Program-made: the position numbers and the translations under genes
Shown: positions 24,707 to 28,311 of the stretch, piece by piece
Layout: the number at the start of each line of letters is the position of its first letter
Position numbering within the stretch: position 1 is the first letter of the stretch
The notes under the pieces: model-generated
What the model was told of the DNA's origin: nothing
Database searches by the model: none
Seen by the model: the letters and a program-made list of their open reading frames with translations, nothing else
Source of the DNA: a virus
Lineage: Duplodnaviria > Caudoviricetes
Virus record (IMG/VR): IMGVR_UViG_3300028388_000664
Location: 1-28,311 of that record
Direction: 5' to 3' (one strand)
DNA length: 28,311 bases

Positions 24707-26695
24707 ATGTCTATTAAGATTGATGTAAAGAAAGACGAACTCTTAGAAGAATATGCAATTGGAATGCTGAAAGATTTTTATCTGAACGAATATGAAACAT
24801 CTCCCCAAGAAGGATATGCTCGAGCAGCAACTGCCTGGTCAAAATATAAGGAAGAAATAGACGAAGAACTTGCTCAGCGCCTCTATGACTATGTGAGCAA
24901 GAAATGGTTCATGTTTGCTTCGCCAGTTTTATCGAATGCTCCCAATGGTTCTAAGAAAGATAAGGGCATGCCGATCTCTTGTTTCCTCACCTACGTCCCT
25001 GATACGTTAGAGGGTCTCATTGATCACTCCTCTGAACTACGGTGGTTATCCGTCTATGGAGGCGGCGTAGGAGGGCACTGGAGCGATGTTCGTACAGTAA
25101 GTGATATTGCACCTGGACCTATTCCATTCTTACACACCGTAGATGCAGACATGATTGCCTATCGCCAAGGAAAGACCCGTAAGGGTTCTTATGCGGCATA
25201 CATGGATGTCTCTCACCCTGACATTGTTGAGTTTCTGAACATGCGCATCCCCACAGGTGATGTTCAGCGTAAAGCATTGAATCTACACAATGCAATCAAT
25301 CTGACTGATGAGTTTATGCAAGCCGTTGCTGAGAACAAAGAGTTTGAACTTCGTGACCCGAAAGATAATGCGGTAAAAGAAACAGTCAATGCTCGTAAAC
25401 TCTGGGAGCGTATTCTTGAGATTCGTTTCCGTACTGGTGAACCGTACCTTAACTTTATTGATACCGCAAACGCTGCGCTGCCTCAGAATCTCAAAGACCT
25501 TGGGTTGCGCATTAATGGGTCAAATCTCTGTAATGAGATTCACCTACCAACATCGGCAGAGAGGACCGCAGTATGTTGTCTCTCTTCCCTCAATCTAGAG
25601 TATTACGATGAGTGGAAAGATACGAATATTGTGCGTGATCTTATTCGCATGCTTGACAACGTCCTGCAGTACTTTATCGAAAACGCACCAGATACGATTC
25701 GACGGGCTAAGTATAGTGCTGAGAGAGAACGGTCCATCGGACTGGGCGCTATGGGATTTCACTCTCTACTTCAACGGCACGGAGTCGCCTGGGAATCTGA
25801 GGCTGCGAGAGAGATCAATTCAGTTGTCTTTCGGCGTATATCCGAGGAAGCAAGAAAAGAGACAGAACTTCTCGCTCAAGAACGAGGAGAGTATCCGGAT
25901 GGAGTTGGCACAGGACGACGCCATGCCCATCTGCTCGCTATCGCCCCGAATGCGTCCAGTGGTGTTATCCTGTCCACCTCGCCCTCAATTGAACCTATGA
26001 AGGCAAATGCCTATACGCATCGAACCCGAGCGGGAAGTTTTTTGGTCAAGAACCGCTATTTGGAGCAAATACTTACCGATCGGGAAATGAATAATGACTC
26101 CACTTGGACTTCTATTATCACCAATAAAGGTAGTGTTCAACATCTTCCTTTCTTGACTGAAGGTGAGAAAGCAGTATTCCGCACTGCTCAGGAACTAGAT
26201 CAGAACTGGGTTGTACAGCATGCAGGAGACCGCCAGCAGTATATTTGTCAAGGACAGTCTGTGAACTTATTCTTTCCTGCCGGTGCGCAGAAGTCTTATG
26301 TAAACAAGGTGCATCTGAAAGCATGGCGTGAAGGACTCAAGGGTCTCTACTATCTGCGTACCGAGGCGAAGTCTCGTGCCGAGAACGTCTCCGAGAAGGT
26401 GGAGCGTGTGGCACTTGAAGACGACAAGCGTAACATTGTTTATAGTAAGAAGAACTGTCCATTCTGCGCTATGGCAATGGAAGAACTAAAGTTGCGTGGC
26501 ATTCCTTTTGACAAGGTTGATCTAGAAGAGATTGGTAAGACTGCAGCAGAAGTCACGGGCAGAAAGGTAAGAACCGTGCCGCAAATTTATTTGGGTGGTA
26601 ATTACATTGGTGGTTATGAAGAACTGATGACGCATCTAAATAATGCTTCCGTGGAACAATCCGAAGACAACGAATGCAGAGCATGCGAGGGTTAA
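24707..26695 (+). CDS. nrdA: Class I ribonucleotide reductase alpha subunit with C-terminal glutaredoxin domain
   Basis: ASPVLSN, ISCF, NLCNEI, VCCLSS, APNASS, QGQSVN, LYYLR motifs; then CPFC...TVPQIY...IGGYEEL Grx domain and terminal CRACEG. Confidence 0.95.
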   Translation: MSIKIDVKKDELLEEYAIGMLKDFYLNEYETSPQEGYARAATAWSKYKEEIDEELAQRLYDYVSKKWFMFASPVLSNAPNGSKKDKGMPISCFLTYVPDTLEGLIDHSSELRWLSVYGGGVGGHWSDVRTVSDIAPGPIPFLHTVDADMIAYRQGKTRKGSYAAYMDVSHPDIVEFLNMRIPTGDVQRKALNLHNAINLTDEFMQAVAENKEFELRDPKDNAVKETVNARKLWERILEIRFRTGEPYLNFIDTANAALPQNLKDLGLRINGSNLCNEIHLPTSAERTAVCCLSSLNLEYYDEWKDTNIVRDLIRMLDNVLQYFIENAPDTIRRAKYSAERERSIGLGAMGFHSLLQRHGVAWESEAAREINSVVFRRISEEARKETELLAQERGEYPDGVGTGRRHAHLLAIAPNASSGVILSTSPSIEPMKANAYTHRTRAGSFLVKNRYLEQILTDREMNNDSTWTSIITNKGSVQHLPFLTEGEKAVFRTAQELDQNWVVQHAGDRQQYICQGQSVNLFFPAGAQKSYVNKVHLKAWREGLKGLYYLRTEAKSRAENVSEKVERVALEDDKRNIVYSKKNCPFCAMAMEELKLRGIPFDKVDLEEIGKTAAEVTGRKVRTVPQIYLGGNYIGGYEELMTHLNNASVEQSEDNECRACEG

Positions 26696-27337
26696 ATGGC
26701 ATTTCTAGTACATAATCTACCGCCGATTCATGTTCTTGTTAGAAAAGAATATCTCTATGACCTAGAGAAAGGGCATGGCGAATACACTCCTGGAATCTGG
26801 GTTTCTGTAAAGTCTGTTTCGGGGAAAGCACTTTACTTCGAAACTCTTTTGACTGAGTATGGGGCACTTTATGATAAGTTGCCCATTTCTGCATTTGTTA
26901 GCAAAGAAGATCATGGAGATCTTTCTCTTGATACTCTTCAACTTTGGGATTGCTTTGACTATAACTTGACAGTGATTCAAAAACCACTGCTGAGTCGTTG
27001 TTCTTTCTTCGGAAAAGATAAACAAATGCATGAAGGTAACTATCTTTTTACTATAGATAATTGTCATTCGGAAGAAAGCACACTTGACACTAATTTCTCA
27101 GAATATGATCCAGAGCATAAGTCGTTCAATATTATTGAACTGGACAATGGTCAGTTTGCTGCTCAACCAAATAACAGAGTGATTTGGAAAGACATGTCTC
27201 TCATTCCTGATGCTGTTGAGACACCAGACTTTAAAGTATGCACACAAAATTACCGAGTAGAAACCACAGACAAATGGTCTGTTGGTCATACAGAAGAATG
27301 GCAGTACAAATCCAAAGAGGAAACTGAGAGTGAGTAA
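26696..27337 (+). CDS. Conserved hypothetical phage protein
   Basis: 213-aa ORF with GAGG SD; YDKLPISAF, QLWDCF, GQFAAQPNNR. Confidence 0.75.
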   Translation: MAFLVHNLPPIHVLVRKEYLYDLEKGHGEYTPGIWVSVKSVSGKALYFETLLTEYGALYDKLPISAFVSKEDHGDLSLDTLQLWDCFDYNLTVIQKPLLSRCSFFGKDKQMHEGNYLFTIDNCHSEESTLDTNFSEYDPEHKSFNIIELDNGQFAAQPNNRVIWKDMSLIPDAVETPDFKVCTQNYRVETTDKWSVGHTEEWQYKSKEETESE

Positions 27338-28104
27338 TGAAAGATTTAGTAGTATTCGGAGACAGCTTTGTAGAGGGATATAATAATACAGATTTCACTG
27401 TAGTAGAAAATCCCTTTGGCAAAATTATCGCTGATCACTATGATGTACCCTTTGAAAATAAAGGAAAGCGCGGTCATGGTAATTTTTCGATTTCCTATGA
27501 TGTCTTCAATTATGTGAGAAATAACGAAACCTCCAATAAAGCATTCTTGATATGTTTTTCTGGTTGGAGGAGAGGGTATAGACTTATTCACGAGGGAAGT
27601 CCTTCATATATTCCAAAGCAAAAACGATTACCGTCAGTGGTTGGAGGAATTCCTTCGAAAATTCGATATCAGGAAGAGGTTTGTTCTCCATTTATTCATA
27701 GACATTGGACTGAAATGTCGATTTTCTCTTGTGTAGAACTTTGTCGTCATTATAACATCCCTTTTTTGATGACAAATAGTTTTTGTGAATTTCTGGCATT
27801 TGAAGACTGGAACTGGATATTTAATAAAGAAAATTGGTCATATTGGATAGAAGGTACTAAGTGGAACAATACTCTTTATGATATTCTTCTTGGTCGATGG
27901 TTAAATGATGACATTATTTCATTTAAGAGAAAGGCATTAGATAATAGAAAACAGCAAGAATTTAATATGTTATCTGGCGTTAAACCATTAAAGAATAATG
28001 AAGCAACAAAATACATTACACTTTGTCAGCATCCAACTGTAGCAGGACATAAATTAATCGCAGAAACATTAATTCCCTATTGTCGGGAAATTATACAGGA
28101 GTAA
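27337..28104 (+). CDS. SGNH/GDSL-hydrolase-like protein
   Basis: VFGDSFVEG (block I), NKGKRGHGN (block II), HPTVAGHKLIA (block V). Confidence 0.72.
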   Translation: MKDLVVFGDSFVEGYNNTDFTVVENPFGKIIADHYDVPFENKGKRGHGNFSISYDVFNYVRNNETSNKAFLICFSGWRRGYRLIHEGSPSYIPKQKRLPSVVGGIPSKIRYQEEVCSPFIHRHWTEMSIFSCVELCRHYNIPFLMTNSFCEFLAFEDWNWIFNKENWSYWIEGTKWNNTLYDILLGRWLNDDIISFKRKALDNRKQQEFNMLSGVKPLKNNEATKYITLCQHPTVAGHKLIAETLIPYCREIIQE

Positions 28105-28107
28105 TAA

Positions 28108-28311
28108 ATGTCTCTCTTAGAATTTTCGAAGACATACAAACCTTTTCAGTACCCCTGGGCAGTAGAACTGTCCAAGAAGCACGAAGAAATTCATTGGATC
28201 GAGGACGAGGCAGAACTCTCCGAAGATGTCCAAGACTGGAAGACTAAACTGACTGAAGACGAAAAAGAGTTTATTACTCAAGTTCTTCGTCTATTCACTC
28301 AGTCTGATGTA
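28108..28311 (+). CDS. nrdB: Ribonucleotide reductase beta subunit, 3'-truncated by the window
   Basis: MSLLEFSKTYKPFQYPWAVE...HW...DVQDWK..LTEDEKEFITQVLRLFTQSDV; AGGAG SD. Confidence 0.9.
   Translation, partial: MSLLEFSKTYKPFQYPWAVELSKKHEEIHWIEDEAELSEDVQDWKTKLTEDEKEFITQVLRLFTQSDV

Noticed and set aside
24707-26695. Intron or intein in nrdA
   Set aside because: The frame is continuous and compact; the only extra segment is a glutaredoxin domain

Overview
A 28.3-kb, gene-dense segment of a T4-like (myovirus-type) dsDNA phage genome with every credible gene on the + strand. The phage call rests on TATAAATA late promoters, sigma70-type early promoters, T4-style capsid-targeting N-termini and nrdA/nrdB. 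The host is probably a proteobacterium (inferred from a two-piece tmRNA and IHF-consensus sites). From left to right: (1) a structured ncRNA block ending in a circularly permuted tmRNA with tag ANDDVYTEDFALAA; (2) an LpxH-like phosphoesterase, an AbrB-like protein and a transglutaminase-like peptidase; (3) a five-gene putative DNA base hypermodification operon (class II glutamine amidotransferase, GNAT, amino acid:DNA transferase, TET/JBP dioxygenase, P-loop kinase), three of whose products end in a sliding-clamp-binding-like L(E)(D/E)F(F/M) tail; (4) a late operon of five signal-peptide proteins, including pilin-like and chaperone-like ones, plus two membrane proteins; (5) an early region (pentapeptide repeat, DUF932, peroxiredoxin, exonuclease); (6) a ~10-kb late cluster of predicted head-internal proteins, including ligase-like, nucleotidyltransferase-like and nuclease-like enzymes and modular polyproteins punctuated by prohead-protease-like sites; (7) NrdA fused to glutaredoxin, two intervening genes and the start of nrdB. 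All family calls come from motif recognition by eye; no searches or folding programs were run.
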